Part shown: positions 51,727 through 64,000 of the stretch, one piece after another | Numbering within the stretch: the stretch's first letter is position 1 | How the letters are laid out: each line of letters starts with the position of its first letter | NCBI RefSeq assembly: GCF_044704955.1 | Contig: NC_091991.1 | Location: forward strand, 148,366,001 to 148,430,000 | Length of the DNA: 64,000 nucleotides | Reading direction: 5' to 3' | Source: Pristiophorus japonicus | Lineage: Eukaryota | Notes under the pieces: generated by a model | The model's input: the letters and a program-made list of their open reading frames with translations, nothing else | Databases searched by the model: none | What the model was told of the DNA's origin: nothing | Translations under genes and position numbers: made by a program

Positions 51727-52709
51727 ACATAGCATAGATGTTTGGAGAAAGGCTTTAAACCAAGGATTAAGACAAAAAAGTGCGTGAGGGGGGAATAGTA
51801 ACAAATCAGCGAGCATTGCCACAAATATTGAGAAGCTGCACTCTGTTGAGAGTAGCGACTATCTTGGATACCTGAAAACCTCTGTTGATTACTTGAAGGA
51901 AGTTAAAAGATGGCAATTGGATGGGGAGAAGCACACATGAGCATGGAAAGAAAGCGAAACATGTTTAAACACTTGGTACGGGGCCCTCCCATACCGGTTG
52001 GCCATTTTAACACTGTTAATGGCTCATTGCAATTATTTCAACAAAGGCGGCAATGTTGTCGGAAGGTGTCATCTCTTCAAGGAAAGGACTTGGCTTGGTG
52101 AAGTGACACCAAACTCAGAAGTTGCCCTCGATCTGGATCTTTAATTTCCCGAATCATGGCTATACAGTGCAAGCTTATTTCTGTGGCATTTAAAGGCAGA
52201 TGCAGTTGGTGGACACACCAGTACGACAGGTACTAATCCGTGGAATAAGATTTAATTTGAAGAGTTGCAGTGCATGTCTACCATGTGTTATTGTGTGCTG
52301 TGCAATGACAAAACACATAAGTGACATTCATTGCACTGTCAAGCAGTGTGGAGGCACATCACCTTCGAACAGATGATATAACTCACATGAGAGAGCTTAC
52401 TTCTGACAGTGAGTGCTTTGACCCCTTTCACTTTGAAGAGCAGCAAATTCACCTGTAAATTAAAAGGAACCCATTAAAAACTGCTCGATCTCCCCCTCCC
52501 TTTCTTTCCCTCTGCCCAAGTGTTGTCTGCTGCCTCATCGCCGCCCCCCCCCCCCTGCCACCCCCACCCTTTCAACTCTCATAATGGGCTAAACTCAGCA
52601 AAGGGCTCACAACCATTGGCTGACCAGAGGGCAGGCAGCTGAGAGAGCCAGCTATCAGTTTTATTTCTCTCAGTTAGAATAGGCAAGAGCAAAATTATAG
52701 ATCTTGATG

Positions 52710-53015
52710 TAGAATCATATAGCACAGACGGAGGCTATCCAATTAGTGCCGTTCCCCTGTTCTGTCCCCGTAGCCCTGTAATGTTTTTACCTTTTCAAGT
52801 ATTTATCCAATTCTCATCTGAAAGTTACTATTGACTCTGCTTGCACCACACTTTCAGGCAGTGCATTCCAGGTCATAACAGCTCGATGTGTAAAAAAATT
52901 ACTCCTCATCTCCCCTGCCTTTTATGCCAATTATTTTGAATCTGTGTCCTCTGATTGCCGACCCTCCTGCCAACGGAAACAGTTCCTCCTTCTCTATTTC
53001 TTTAAAACCCCTCAT
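52710..53015 (-). mobile_element. CR1 3' fragment
   Basis: MRGF..EELFPLAGGS.IRGHRFKI. Confidence 0.78.
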
Positions 53016-53249
53016 GTCAAGTGAGCTGGCGAAGCACGGGACCCCAGGAGTTTGAACACTCTCAGCGTATCGTGGGACCTGCTGGCCAAGTACCACAATC
53101 GTGCTCCGGACTATCGGAAATAAAGTGAAAACTGTGGTCTAAAGTTTTTTGCCTCTGATTTTTCTCACAAATTGCTCTGAGCACTTCTTGTTTAAAAGCT
53201 ACTGTAGCCAACGACTGATCAGTAAATGGGACACTGACGGCATCAACTT

Positions 53250-53473
53250 ACTCATCGTCGCCGAGAGCATGCAGAATCAAGCGCAGACAGCGGAAGGTGC
53301 GTGCGGCAAACCGGACTCCCCAACCACCCTTTCCTTCAACCACTCTCTGTCCCACTTGTGACAGAGACTGTAGTTCCAGTATTGGACTGTGCAGCTACCT
53401 GAGAACTCACTTTGAGAGTGGAAGCAAGTCTTCCTCGATTTCGAGGGACTGCCTACGATGATGATGATGATGA
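53250..53473 (+). mobile_element. RTE-clade LINE 3' end
   Basis: KRRQRK..CPTCDRDCSSSIGLCSYLRTH zinc-finger-like C-terminus, short UTR, (GAT)n tail. Confidence 0.72.
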
Positions 53474-53544
53474 CTCATGGAGCTCCATCTGAACTCCCAA
53501 GGGGGAACGCAGCAAAGCAAACAAGATGCCAGTCCAGGAGTGGC

Positions 53545-54253
53545 AGTCAGGAGGCCCAGCCTATTTTAACGGCTGGGCCTCATTAAGATGCCGCTTGCCA
53601 CTTCCTGCTAAAATCGAGCGTCAGGAAGTTGCCGCCAGGGCTCCAGGGGATTGGTCCCCAGCACAAGCCAAGTGCTCTGGGAGCAGAAAGCCGGTGGGGG
53701 AGCGGGGTAGGAAGCCCAGGCAGTTCAGGCCCAAGATTTCCTTGTAGGGCTTGGAGGAGTACTTCTGCCCCACCTAGACCACAAGCAAACATAACAAATA
53801 AAGAAAGGGCTTGCATTTATACAGGGACTTTCACAACCTCGGGACGCTTTACAAGCCAAGTACTTTTTTGAAGTGTAGTCGCTGTTGTAATGTAGGAAAC
53901 ACGGCCGCTAATTTGGGCACGGCAAGCTCCCACAAACAGCAATGAGATTATGACCTGATGATCTGTTTTTAGTGATGTTGATGCTGGCCCTCGATCCAGC
54001 TCCTGGCAGCTCTGGCCTGGCGGGGAAGCCACCACTGCTCCACCGCATCTCCCCCTACTCTCCCTCAGGCTCAGGCCTCCGGTTAAAATAGATCGGGGCC
54101 CGATGACATCATCAGAGCCCGATCTGCATATTTAAAAAGGCCGAGAAAGGAGTGGGCGAGTCCCCCTCTCTCCCCACTCCATTTTAACTGGCACCCTCCC
54201 CTCCCCCCACCACCTGGTTTCTGCCAAGCTAGAGGAGTTAAAATTGAGGGCCA
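53545..54253. mobile_element. GC-rich MITE-like remnant interrupted by a SINE 3' fragment (53798-53982, minus)
   Basis: Ends TTAAAATTGAGGGCC; interior resembles 1157-1731; embedded SINE tail. Confidence 0.45.
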
Positions 54254-55174
54254 ACTTTGCATCTTAGAGGATAAATCAAACGTTTATTCAGCTTTGTTTC
54301 ATGAACGTATTCTCATGGTTTTGAAGTCTGACTGCTTAATTGTCCTTGAATGTCACTTCTTTCTCTGCTAATAGCTGATATTTTATGTTTTCTTTTTGTT
54401 AAAATTTCCAGTCTAAGCCTACTGGTTTTCTGTGACTTTCATTAGCCAAAGTGCCACAGGAGTGTTGAATTACATTGATTGACCTAAAAAACGAAAGCTT
54501 TGGCATTGCAGTGAGGAATCAAGGGTAATGCGGTCATGGCTGTATTTTATTCAAACCTAAATATAGTGCTGGAAAGGAGTTAAACAAGATCCTTGAGCTG
54601 GAGAATGATCATTGAAGTGACAGCCTCACTGGACCTAAACCCTTTAATCTTTTTCTATTACAGAACAGCTGTAACTGTCCTCTGAGGTTTTCTGTGATTA
54701 AAAGTTAAATTTGCTTTTACTGTAAGCAGCTACAGTGCATTAGCGCAAACTTGGATTGCTTGTTCCTCATCGAGGCACTTCACCTTCAATGGCTACGGCT
54801 CAAATCACTTCCTTATTCCTCAGAGCAAAATCATAGAAGCAGAGGTCAGATGCCAAAATAACTCTTCCACGGAGAGACCTTTCCTTAACGTCGTCTCCAC
54901 AGATGTCGGAAGACCTTTCGCGGGTAAAGTGAGACTTGCTGCCGGATTCCTCAGGCTAATTTTGGCCAATGAAGCAGCGAAGTACAGTAAGGGAGACATC
55001 CCCATCCTCCTGCTCTTCCCCCACCCCTCCCCCGAACAGCCACTCGTGTTCCACATCAAGTTCCCCCCCACGTAGTTTGAAACTCTATTTGTGTTACGCG
55101 ACATGCCAACTGGTGAGCGCCCAGCTAATTGAAGTCATTTTTTAAAGGGAACGTTTAAACACAACCATTCACTA

Positions 55175-55623
55175 GAACATAAGAACTTAAGAATTAGGAG
55201 CAGGAGTAGGCCACTCAGCCCCTCGAGCCTGCTCCACCATTTAATAAGATCATGGCTGATCTTCTACCTCAACTCCACTTTCCTGCACGATCCCCATATC
55301 CTTTGATTCCCTTAATATCCAAAAATCTATCAATCTTTGTCTTGATTATAATCAAAGACTGAGCCTCCACAGCTCTCTGGGGTAGAGAATTCTTGAGATT
55401 CACCACCCTCTGCGTGAAGAAGTTTCTCCTCATCTCAGTCCTAAATGGCCGACCCCTTATTCTGAGACTGTGACCCCTGGTTCTAGACTCCCCAGCCAAG
55501 GGAAACATCCTCCCTGCATCTACCCTGTCAAGCTCTGTAAGAATGTTGTATGTTTCAATGAGATCATCTCTCATTCTTCTAAACTCTGGAGAATATAGGC
55601 CCAGTCTACTCAATCTCTCCTCA
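55175..55623 (-). mobile_element. CR1 3' end
   Basis: EERLSRLGLYS..RRNFFTQRVVNL plus tail. Confidence 0.92.
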
Positions 55624-55787
55624 ATCCCCAAACATTTCAGAGCCTCTACTTCCTAGGAGCAGTCGGAAAAAAGGAGAAGGGTGCTTAAGCTCAGAGCCAA
55701 GCACCGTATTCCCTTGGACCGTGAGTTAGTACGAGATGCGAGTGGAGGAAAGCAGCACTCACGGGAGGTGGAGGCTCTCCAGGGAAC

Positions 55788-56245
55788 ATAACAACAACAA
55801 CTTATATTTACATAGCGCCTTTAACGTAGTAAAATATTCCAAAGCGCTACACAGGAGCATTATCAAACAAAATTTGACATTGAGCCTGATAGAGATATTA
55901 GGGCAGATGAGGTAGGTTTTAAGGTATGTCTTAAAGGAGGAGAGAGAAGTGGAGAGGTGGAGAGGTTTAGGCAGGGAATTTCAGAGGTTAGGGCCTAGAC
56001 AGCTGAAAGCAAGGCCACCAATGGCGGAACGATTAAAATCAGGGATGCTCAAGAGGGCAGAATTAGAGGAGTGCAGATATCTCGGGGGGGGTTGTGGGGC
56101 TGGAGGAGGTTACAGAGATAGGCAGGGACGGGGCCATGGAGGGATTTGAAAAAAAGATCAAGAATTTTAAATTCCAGGCATTGCTTAATTGGGAGCCATT
56201 GTACGTCAGCGAGCAGAGGGGTGATTGGTGAACAGGACTTGTGGG
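55788..56245 (-). mobile_element. L2 LINE 3' end
   Basis: (TTG)n tail; SPITPLLADVQWLPIKQ..FKIL. Confidence 0.87.
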
Positions 56246-56721
56246 AGTTGTGGGGGAAAAGTCCCATCAGAGGGGCGGTAAAAAAAAATAGTTAGGGTGA
56301 AAAAGATAAAATATTTCACACATGTATTTACACCACAAAGAGGACGGGCCACATTGGGTGGATCAGTTTTCCCCAGTCGCTCAATGTTCCATTGACTATT
56401 TTCCAGGAAAATGTGTGTTTTGAAGAGTGATGGGGAGAAGCAGGAATTTCTTGACTTTAAACTTTTATTTGAAATTGAAATTTCCCTCCATACCCTAGAA
56501 CAGGGAGAATAATTTCATGTGCAAACACAGATTAAGCAATAATCTCACAGCTACGAAAACACAAAGGACTATGCTTTTGCCTTTGCTCATGATTACACCC
56601 ACATTCGTCAGTCCTTTCCTTACTGTGTTCCTCCCCATTTCCTCTTGGTTAAACCATAACTACAGTAGCACATTTGTTGAATTATCATTGAATATTGCTG
56701 TGTCGGGCATTTTAAAAGATC

Positions 56722-59620
56722 GGTATGGGTGGAGCTACCGAATACCAAAGGGCAGAAAACGCTAGCGGGAGTTGGGTACAGACCACTAAGCAGTAGTAGT
56801 GAGGTTGGGGACAGCATCAAACAAGAAATTAGGGATGCGTGCAATAAAGGTACAGCAGTTATCTGGGTGACTTTAATCTACATATTGATTGGGCTAACCA
56901 AACTGGTAGCAATGCGGTGGAGGAGGATTTCCTGGAGTGTATTCGGGATGGTTTTCTAGACCAATATTTCGAGGAACCAACTAGAGGGCTGGTCATCCTA
57001 GGCTGGGTGATGTGTAACGAGAAAGGACTAATTAGCAATCTTGTTGTGTGAGACCCCTTGGGGAAGAGTGACCATAATATGGTAGAATTCTTTATTAAGG
57101 TGGAGAGTGACACAGTTAATTCAGAGACGAGGGTCCTGAGCTTAAGGAAAGTTAACTTCAATGGTACGAGAGGTGAATTGGCTAGAATAGACTGGCGAGT
57201 GATACTTAAAGGGTTGACGGTGTATAGGCAATGGCAAACATTTAAAGATCACATGGATGAACTCCAACAATTGTACATCCCTGTCTGGAGTAAAAATGAA
57301 ACAGGGAAGGTGGCTCAACCGTGGCTAACAAGGGAAATTAGGGATAGTGTTAAATCCAAAGAAGAGGCATATAAATTGGCCAGAAAAAACAGCAAACCTG
57401 AGGACTGGGAGAATTTTAGAATACAGCAGAGGAGGACAAAGGGTTTAATTAGGAGGGGGAAAATACAGTATGAGAGGAAGCTTGCTGGGAACATAACAAC
57501 TGACTGCAAAAGCTTCTATAGATATGTGAAGAGAAAAAGATTAGTGAAAACAAACATAGGTCCCTTGTGAGAAGGAGGAACTGAAGGAAATCCTTATTAG
57601 GCGGGAAATTGTGTTAGGGAAATTGATGGGATTGAAGGCCGATGAATCCCCGGGGCCTGATAGTCTGCATCCCAGAGTACTTAAGGAAGTAACCCTCGAA
57701 ATAATGGATGCATTGGTGATCATTTTCCAACAGTCAATCGACTCTTTTTAAGAAAGGAGGGAGAGAGAAAATGGGGATTTATAGACTGGTTAGCCTGACA
57801 TCAGTAATGGGGAAAATGTTGGAATCAATGATTAAAGATGAAATAGCAGCACATTTGGAAAGCAGTGACGGGATCAGTCCAAGTCAGCATGGATTTATGA
57901 AAGGGAAATCCTGCTTGACAAATCTTCTAGAATTTTTTGAGGATGTAACTGGTAGAGTGGACAAGGGAGACCTAGTGGATGTGGTGTATTTGGACTTTCA
58001 AAAGGCTTTTGACAAGGTCCCATACAAGAGATTGGTGTGCAAAATTAAAGCACATGGTATTGGGGGTAATATACTGATGTGGATAGGGAATTGGTTGGCA
58101 GACAGGAAGTAGAGAGTCGGGATAAACAGGTCTTTTTCAGAATGGCAGGCAGTGACTATGGACTGGAGGGTAGCTAATGTAACAACACTTTTTAAGAAAG
58201 AAGGGAGAGAGAAAATGGGGAATTATAGACCCATTAGCCTGACATCAGTAGTGAGGAAAATGTTGGAATCAATTATTAAAGATGAAATAGCAGCGCATTT
58301 GGAAAGCAGTGACAGGATCGGTCCAAGTCAACATGGATTTATGAAAGGGAAATCATGTTTAACAAATCCTCTAGAATTTTTTGAGGATGTAACTGGTAGA
58401 GTGGATAAGGGAGAACCAGTGGATGTGTGTATTTGGACTTTCAAAAGGCTTTTGACAAGGTCTCACAAAAGAGATTAGTGTGCAAAATTAAAGCACATGG
58501 TATGGGGATAATGTACTGACATGGATAGAGAACTGGTTGGCAGGCAGGAAGCCGAGAGTCGGGATAAACGAGTCCTTTTCAGAATGACAGGCAGTGACTA
58601 GTGGGGTGCCGCAGGGCTCAGTGCTGGGACCCCAACTATTTACAATATACATTAATGATTTAGATGAAGGAATTGAGTGTATTATCTCCAAGTTTGCAGA
58701 TGACACTAAGCTGGGTGGCAGTGTGAGCTGTGAGGAGGACCCTAAAAGGCTGCAGGAGGACTTGGACAGGTTAGGTGAGTTGGCAAACGCATGGCAGATG
58801 TAGCATAATGTGGATAAATGTGAGGTTATCCATTTTGGTGGCAAAAACATGAAGGCAGAATATTATCTGAATGGCGGCAGATTAAGAAAAGGGGAGATGC
58901 AACGAGACCTGGGTGTCATGGTACATCAGTCATTGAAAGTTGGCATGCAGGCACAGCACGCAGTGAAGAAGGCAAATGGTATGTTGGCCTTCATAGCTTG
59001 GGGATTTGAGTATAGGAGCAGGGAGGTCTTACTGCAGTTGTACAGGGCCTTGGTGAGGCCTCACTTAGAATATTGTGTTCAGTTTTGGTCTCCTAATCTG
59101 AGGAAGGATGTTCTTGCTATTAAGGAAGTGCAGCGAAGGTTCACCAGACTGATTCCTGGGATGGCAGGATTGACATATGAGGAGAGACTGGATCGACTGG
59201 GCCTGTATTCACTGGAGTTTAGAAGGATGACAGGGGATCTCTTAGAAACATTTGACGGGACTGGACAGGTTAGATGCAGGAAGAATGTTCCCGATGTTGG
59301 GGAAGTCCAGAACCAGGGGACATAGTCTAAGGATAAGGGGTAAGCCATTTAGGACTGAGATGAGGAGAAACCTCTTCATTCAGAGAGTTGTTAACCTGTG
59401 GAATTCCCTACTGCAGAGAGTTGTTGATGCCAGTTCATCGGACATATTCAAGAGGGAGTTAGATATGGCCCTTACGGCTAAAGGGATCAAGGAGTATGGA
59501 GAGAAAGCAGGAAAGGGGTACTGAGGTGAATGATCAGCCATGATCTTATTGAATGGTGGTGCAGGCTCAAAGGACCGAATGGCCTACTCCTCCGCCTATT
59601 TTCTATGTTTCTATGTTTCT
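56722..59620 (+). mobile_element. 5'-truncated CR1 with deletions and an internal ~440-bp duplication
   Basis: APE C-terminal part, YRxxSLT..QHGF..KAFDKV block present twice, KFADDTKL, (TTCTATGT)n tail. Confidence 0.95.
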
Positions 59621-59953
59621 AAATAACCCTGGATGTTGAGTTCCCAGCCTTGGTCACCCTGGAACCATGTCTCCATGATCCCAATTATATCATATTCCTT
59701 AATAGCTGCCTGCACAGTTAATTCATCCACCTTATTACGAATACTCCTCGCATTGAGGCACAGAGCCTTCAGTGTTGTCTTCTTAACACACTTTGTCCCT
59801 TGAGAATTTTGCTGTAATGTGGCCCTTTTTGATTTTTGCCTTGGGTTTCTTTGCTCTCCACTTTTACTTTTCTTCTTTCTGTCTTTTGCTTCAGCCCCCA
59901 TTTTACTTCCCTCTGTCTCCCTGCATAGGTTCCCATCCCCCTGACATATTAGT

Positions 59954-60888
59954 TTAACCCCTCCCCAACAACACTAACAAACACTCCCCCTCAGATATTA
60001 GTTCTGGTCCTGCCCAGGTGCAGACCGTCCGGTTTGTACTGGTCCCACCTTCCCCAGAACCGGTTCCAATGTCCCAGGAATTTGAATCCCTCCCTGCTGC
60101 ACCACTGCTCAAGCCACATATTCATCTTAGCTATCCTGCTATTTCTACTCTGACTAGCACGTGGCACTGCCAGCAATCCTGAGATTACTACTTTTGAGGT
60201 CTTACTTTTTTATTTAACTCCTAGCTCCCTAAATTCAGCTTGTAGGACCTCATCCCGTTTTTTACGCATATCTTTGGTACCTATATGCACCACGACAACT
60301 GGATGTTCACCCTCCCCCTCCTGAATGCCCTGCAGCCGCTCCAAGACATCCTTCACCCTTGCACTCGGGAGGCAATATACCATCCTGGAGTCTCGGTTGC
60401 GACCGCAGAATCGCCTATCTATTTCCCTTACAATAGAATCCCCTACCACTATAGCTCTCCCATTCTTTTTCCTGCCCTCCTGTGCAGCAGAGCCACCCAC
60501 AGTGCCATGAACTTGGCTGCTGCTGCCTTCCCCTGATGAGCCATCTCCCCCAACAGTACCCAAAACGGTATATCTGTTTTGGAGGGAGATGACCCCATGG
60601 GACTCCTGCACTTGCTTCCCATTCCTGTTCTGCCATGGTCACCCATTCCGTATCTGCCTTTGTAACCTTTACCTGCGGTGTGACCAACTCACTAAACGTG
60701 CTATTCACGACATGCTCAGCATCGCGGATGCTCCAGAGTGTATCCATGCGCAGCTCCAGTGCCGCAATGGTGTCCGTCAACAGCTGCAGCTGGATACACT
60801 TCCTGCACACATAGTCATCAGGGACACTGTCCCTGATTGCCCACATAGCACAGAAGGAGCATGACATGGGACTGGGCTCTGCTGCCAT
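59954..60888 (-). pseudogene. CR1 ORF1 (zinc finger/leucine zipper plus SGNH esterase)
   Basis: CSFC..CRKC, LLTDTIAALELRM, VVGDSIV, VVHIGTKD, DGLHL; frameshift and stops. Confidence 0.88.
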
Positions 60889-60979
60889 GACTTAACCCTT
60901 AAATTAATTTAATTTGGCAACTATGCCAAAGGTTACTTACTGATAAGAAAAAGAAAAAGATAAAGATAAGGAAAAACTA

Positions 60980-61028
60980 CTCACCAATCACCAGCCAATC
61001 ACTTACCCCCTTGGCTGTGACGTCACCT
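60980..61028. promoter_or_regulatory. CCAAT x2 plus CRE motif in CR1 5' UTR
   Basis: CCAATCACCAGCCAATCAC and TGACGTCA (61018-61025). Confidence 0.5.
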
Positions 61029-61077
61029 TTCGATTTCTTTTTACTTCTTTTTTGCCCTTTCACCCTGCAGTAGCTTG

Positions 61078-61597
61078 CTGCTGGGCCATTAGTAGGCCTC
61101 TCACCTCTCACCGCTCACTGCTCCGCCTCCCGACACTGCTGGGCCATTAGTAGGCCTCTCACCTCTCACCGCTCACTGCTCCGCCTCCCGACACTGCTGG
61201 GCCATTAGTAGGCCTCTCACCTCTCACCGCTCACTGCTCCACCTCCCGACACTGCTGGGCCATTAGTAGGCCTCTCACCTCTCACCGCTCACTGCTCCGC
61301 CTCCCGACACTGCTGGGCCATTAGTAGGCCTCTCACCTCTCACCGCTCACTGCTCCACCTCCCGACACTGCTGGGCCATTAGTAGGCCTCTCACCTCTCA
61401 CCGCTCGCTGCTCGCTGCTCCGCCTCCCGGCACTGCTGGGCCATTAATAGGCCTCTCACCTCTCACCGCTCACTGCTCCACCTCCCGACACTGCTGGGCC
61501 ATTAGTAGGCCTCTCACCTCTCGCCGCTCGCTGCTCCGCCTCCCGGCACTGCTGGGCCATTAATAGGCCTCTCACCACTCGCTGCTCGGCCTCCCGT
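61078..61597. repeat. 58-bp tandem array (~9 copies) at CR1 5' end
   Basis: CTGCTGGGCCATTAGTAGGCCTCTCACCTCTCACCGCTCACTGCTCCGCCTCCCGACA at 61078, 61136, 61194, 61252, 61310, 61368... Confidence 0.95.
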
Positions 61598-61693
61598 TCT
61601 CATGTTAATTTTGTTCCCTTGAAATTGTTCTAATATTTTGTCTTTTCAAGCAATGCATAAAGAAAGACTTCCCAAAGAGCTTCACAACCAATG

Positions 61694-61795
61694 AAGTTCT
61701 GACGAAGGATCATTGACCTGAAACATTAACTCTGCTTCCTCTCCACAGATGTTGCCTTACCTGCTAAGATTTCCAGCATTTTCTGTTTTTATTAC
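61694..61795 (+). ncRNA. Second minimal hammerhead core in a Penelope-like remnant
   Basis: AGTT-CTGACGA-AGGATCATTGACCT-GAAAC-ATT-AACT. Confidence 0.55.
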
Positions 61796-64000
61796 TGTCA
61801 TGTATTCAACCAGCATTGTAACCCATGTATAATCTGACCTTAGTTGTACACTGTGAGAACACTGACCACTAGGTGGTGAACTTGTGGGAGACACTCCTAA
61901 CCTAGACCTTCAGATATAAAAGGGGAATCTCCACCCACTTCCATCACTTGAGTGCTATGAAATAAAGGACAGGTCACAGACTGACCTTCTCTCAAGCATG
62001 GGCTTCGTGTGCACTTATACTGTATAGTAAGGACGTATAAATGGCGACGAGAAACTGGGATTTAAACCTCGCGAGCATGGCCACTAGCAGAACAGATGAG
62101 AGGTACTGTGTTAAGGAATGGTTGGGACAGAGATTCAACATTGTTAAAGCAGCACACAGTTCTCCAGGCAGACAAGGGCAGTCGGGCATGCCCCAACATG
62201 TAGTCAAACCCAGAGGGGGAGTTCGACAGAGACAATGGCAAGCTGAACAGCAATTCACGCCATTGCAAGGGACAATGCGGCCAGTAATGGGGCCATCAAC
62301 ACCTGTTAATGGCGCACTCAAGGACAATAACAGGGGCAGTCGGGGATGATCGACTGGCAAGGGACCTTTTGTTTCAAATAGCAGCTCATGCTGGAGGCGT
62401 GGAGGCACACACTCAGCCGGAGTTTGCAGAGGTGAGCAAAATACCTGCAGAAATTGCAGAAATGAACGCTGGGGGAAATCGCTGGAAGCTGAAGTTCAGC
62501 GAGTTCATGTGGAGCACGTATACAGTTCATACACCAGGACGCCACCGATAATGATGAAAGTGCTCCTCAATGGCATCCCAGTATCAATGCAGTTAGACAC
62601 GGGGGCCAGCCAGTCCCTGATGGGTATCAAACAGTTCGAAAAGTTGTGGGCGTCCAAGGCCAGGAGGCCAAAATTATCGCTGATTGACGCACAGCTACGG
62701 ACTTACACAAAGCAGATCATTCCGGTGCTAGGCAGTGCCATGTTAGTCGTGACCCACAAAGATTCGGAGAACAGGTTGCCACTCTGGATTGTCCCAGGGG
62801 ACGGTCCCGCACTACTGGGGAGGAGTTGGCTTGCTGTCATGAACTGGAAATGGGGCGATGTCAATGCAATTTCCTCTGTGGAGCGAGTATCATGCTCACA
62901 GATCCTGGACAAATTTGACTCATTATTTCAACCCGGCATTGGCACTTTCATGGAGGCCAAGATAATGATTCACATAAACCCGGACGCCAGGCCAGTACAC
63001 CACAAGGCCAGAGTGGTGCCGTACGTGATGCGGGAAAAGATAGAAGGCGAATTGGACCGCCTACTGAGGGAAGGCATCATCTCGCCAGTCAAATTCAGTG
63101 ACTGGGCGAGCCCGATTGTGCCGGTACTCAAGGCGGATGGGTTGGTCAGGATATGTGGTGATTACAAGGCCACCATCAATCGGGTGTCACTCCAAGACCA
63201 GTACCCGCTACCGAGAGCGGAGGACCTCTTTGCGACGCAATCCGGTGGCAAACTTTTTTCAAAATTGGACCTGACCTCAGCTTACATGACCCAGGAGCTG
63301 GCGAGTGAGTCGAAGAAGCTGACCACCATCACGACACACAAGGGGTTGTTTGAGTACAACAGATGTCCGTTCGGGATTCGCTCGGCCGCCGCGATCTTCC
63401 AACAAAATATGGAAAGCCTCCTCAAGTCGATTCCAGGGACAGTGGTTTTTCAGGATGACATCCTCATTATCTGGAGGAGGTGCTATGAAGACTGGACCGG
63501 GTAAGGCTGCGACTGAAAAAGGTAAAGTGCGTCTTCCTAGTTCCAGAGGTAGAATTCCTGGGGATGAGCGTAGCAGGAGACGGGATCAGCCCTACTGCGT
63601 CCAAGACGGAAGCGATCCAGAGAGCACCCAGATCCCGTAACACGACGGAGCTGCGTTCGTTCCTGGGGCTCCTGAACTATTTTGGTAACTTTCTTCCCAA
63701 ATTGAGCACACTGCTAGAGCCGCTACATGTGCTCCTACGCAAAGGTCGCGAATGGGTCTGGGGGGACAGCCAGGAAAGGGCTTTTAATAGAGCATGCAAT
63801 TTGTTATGTTCCAACAATCTGTTAACGCTATATGACCCATGTAAGAAACTTGTGTTAACGTGCAATGCGTCGTTCTATGGTGTCGGGTGTGTTTTGCAGC
63901 ATGTCAATGCCAAGGGTCAGTTACAGCCGGTAGCCTATGTCTCCAGATGTCTGTCCCAGGCAGAAAGGGGCTACAGGATGGTAGAAAAGGAGGCACTCGC
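61796..64000 (+). mobile_element. Gypsy/Ty3 LTR retrotransposon (runs off the window end)
   Basis: 5' LTR 61796-62040 (TATAAAA, AATAAA); PBS TGGCGACGAG; gag largely deleted; pol follows. Confidence 0.93.
62509..64000 (+). pseudogene. Gypsy pol remnant: protease, RT, RNase H start
   Basis: MQLDTG, WASPIVPV.K.DG.VRICGDYK, FSKLDL, PFG, VFQDD, LRSFLGLLNY; deletion/frameshift after the RT motif. Confidence 0.93.

Larger units (their letters stand above)
59622..61597 (-). mobile_element. CR1 5' half: 5' UTR, ORF1, start of ORF2
   Basis: ORF1 followed by ORF2 APE start LCLNARSIRNK..IIGIMETW..LNIQGY. Confidence 0.92.

Noticed and set aside
54821-55075. Stop-free + frame after a pyrimidine tract/CAG as a possible exon
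   Set aside because: Translation unrecognisable, donor weak, no partner exons
61078-61597. CRISPR-like array
   Set aside because: Contiguous tandem units with no unique spacers, no cas genes, eukaryotic LINE context

Overview
Vertebrate-type non-genic DNA (large intron or intergenic). The repeat content points to a cartilaginous fish (shark-like): HER1-type CR1 LINEs, SacSINE1-like Deu-domain SINEs, L2, RTE and Tx1 fragments, Gypsy LTR elements, PIF/Harbinger elements and MITEs. I recognise no host protein-coding exon; every ORF I could assign belongs to a decayed mobile element. Family names come from motif recognition, not database searches. Highlights: (1) a 249-bp poly(A)-tailed insertion with a 17-bp TSD built from circularly permuted U2 snRNA pieces (50683-50931); (2) two minimal hammerhead-ribozyme cores in Penelope-type remnants; (3) a complete LTR element whose protease reads in-frame into an unknown ~330-aa region instead of RT/RNaseH/integrase; (4) a transposase-less Harbinger element with a 3-exon Myb/SANT gene inside a SINE>soloLTR>(Tx1+Harbinger) nest; (5) a CR1 whose two halves appear separated by 13.5 kb.
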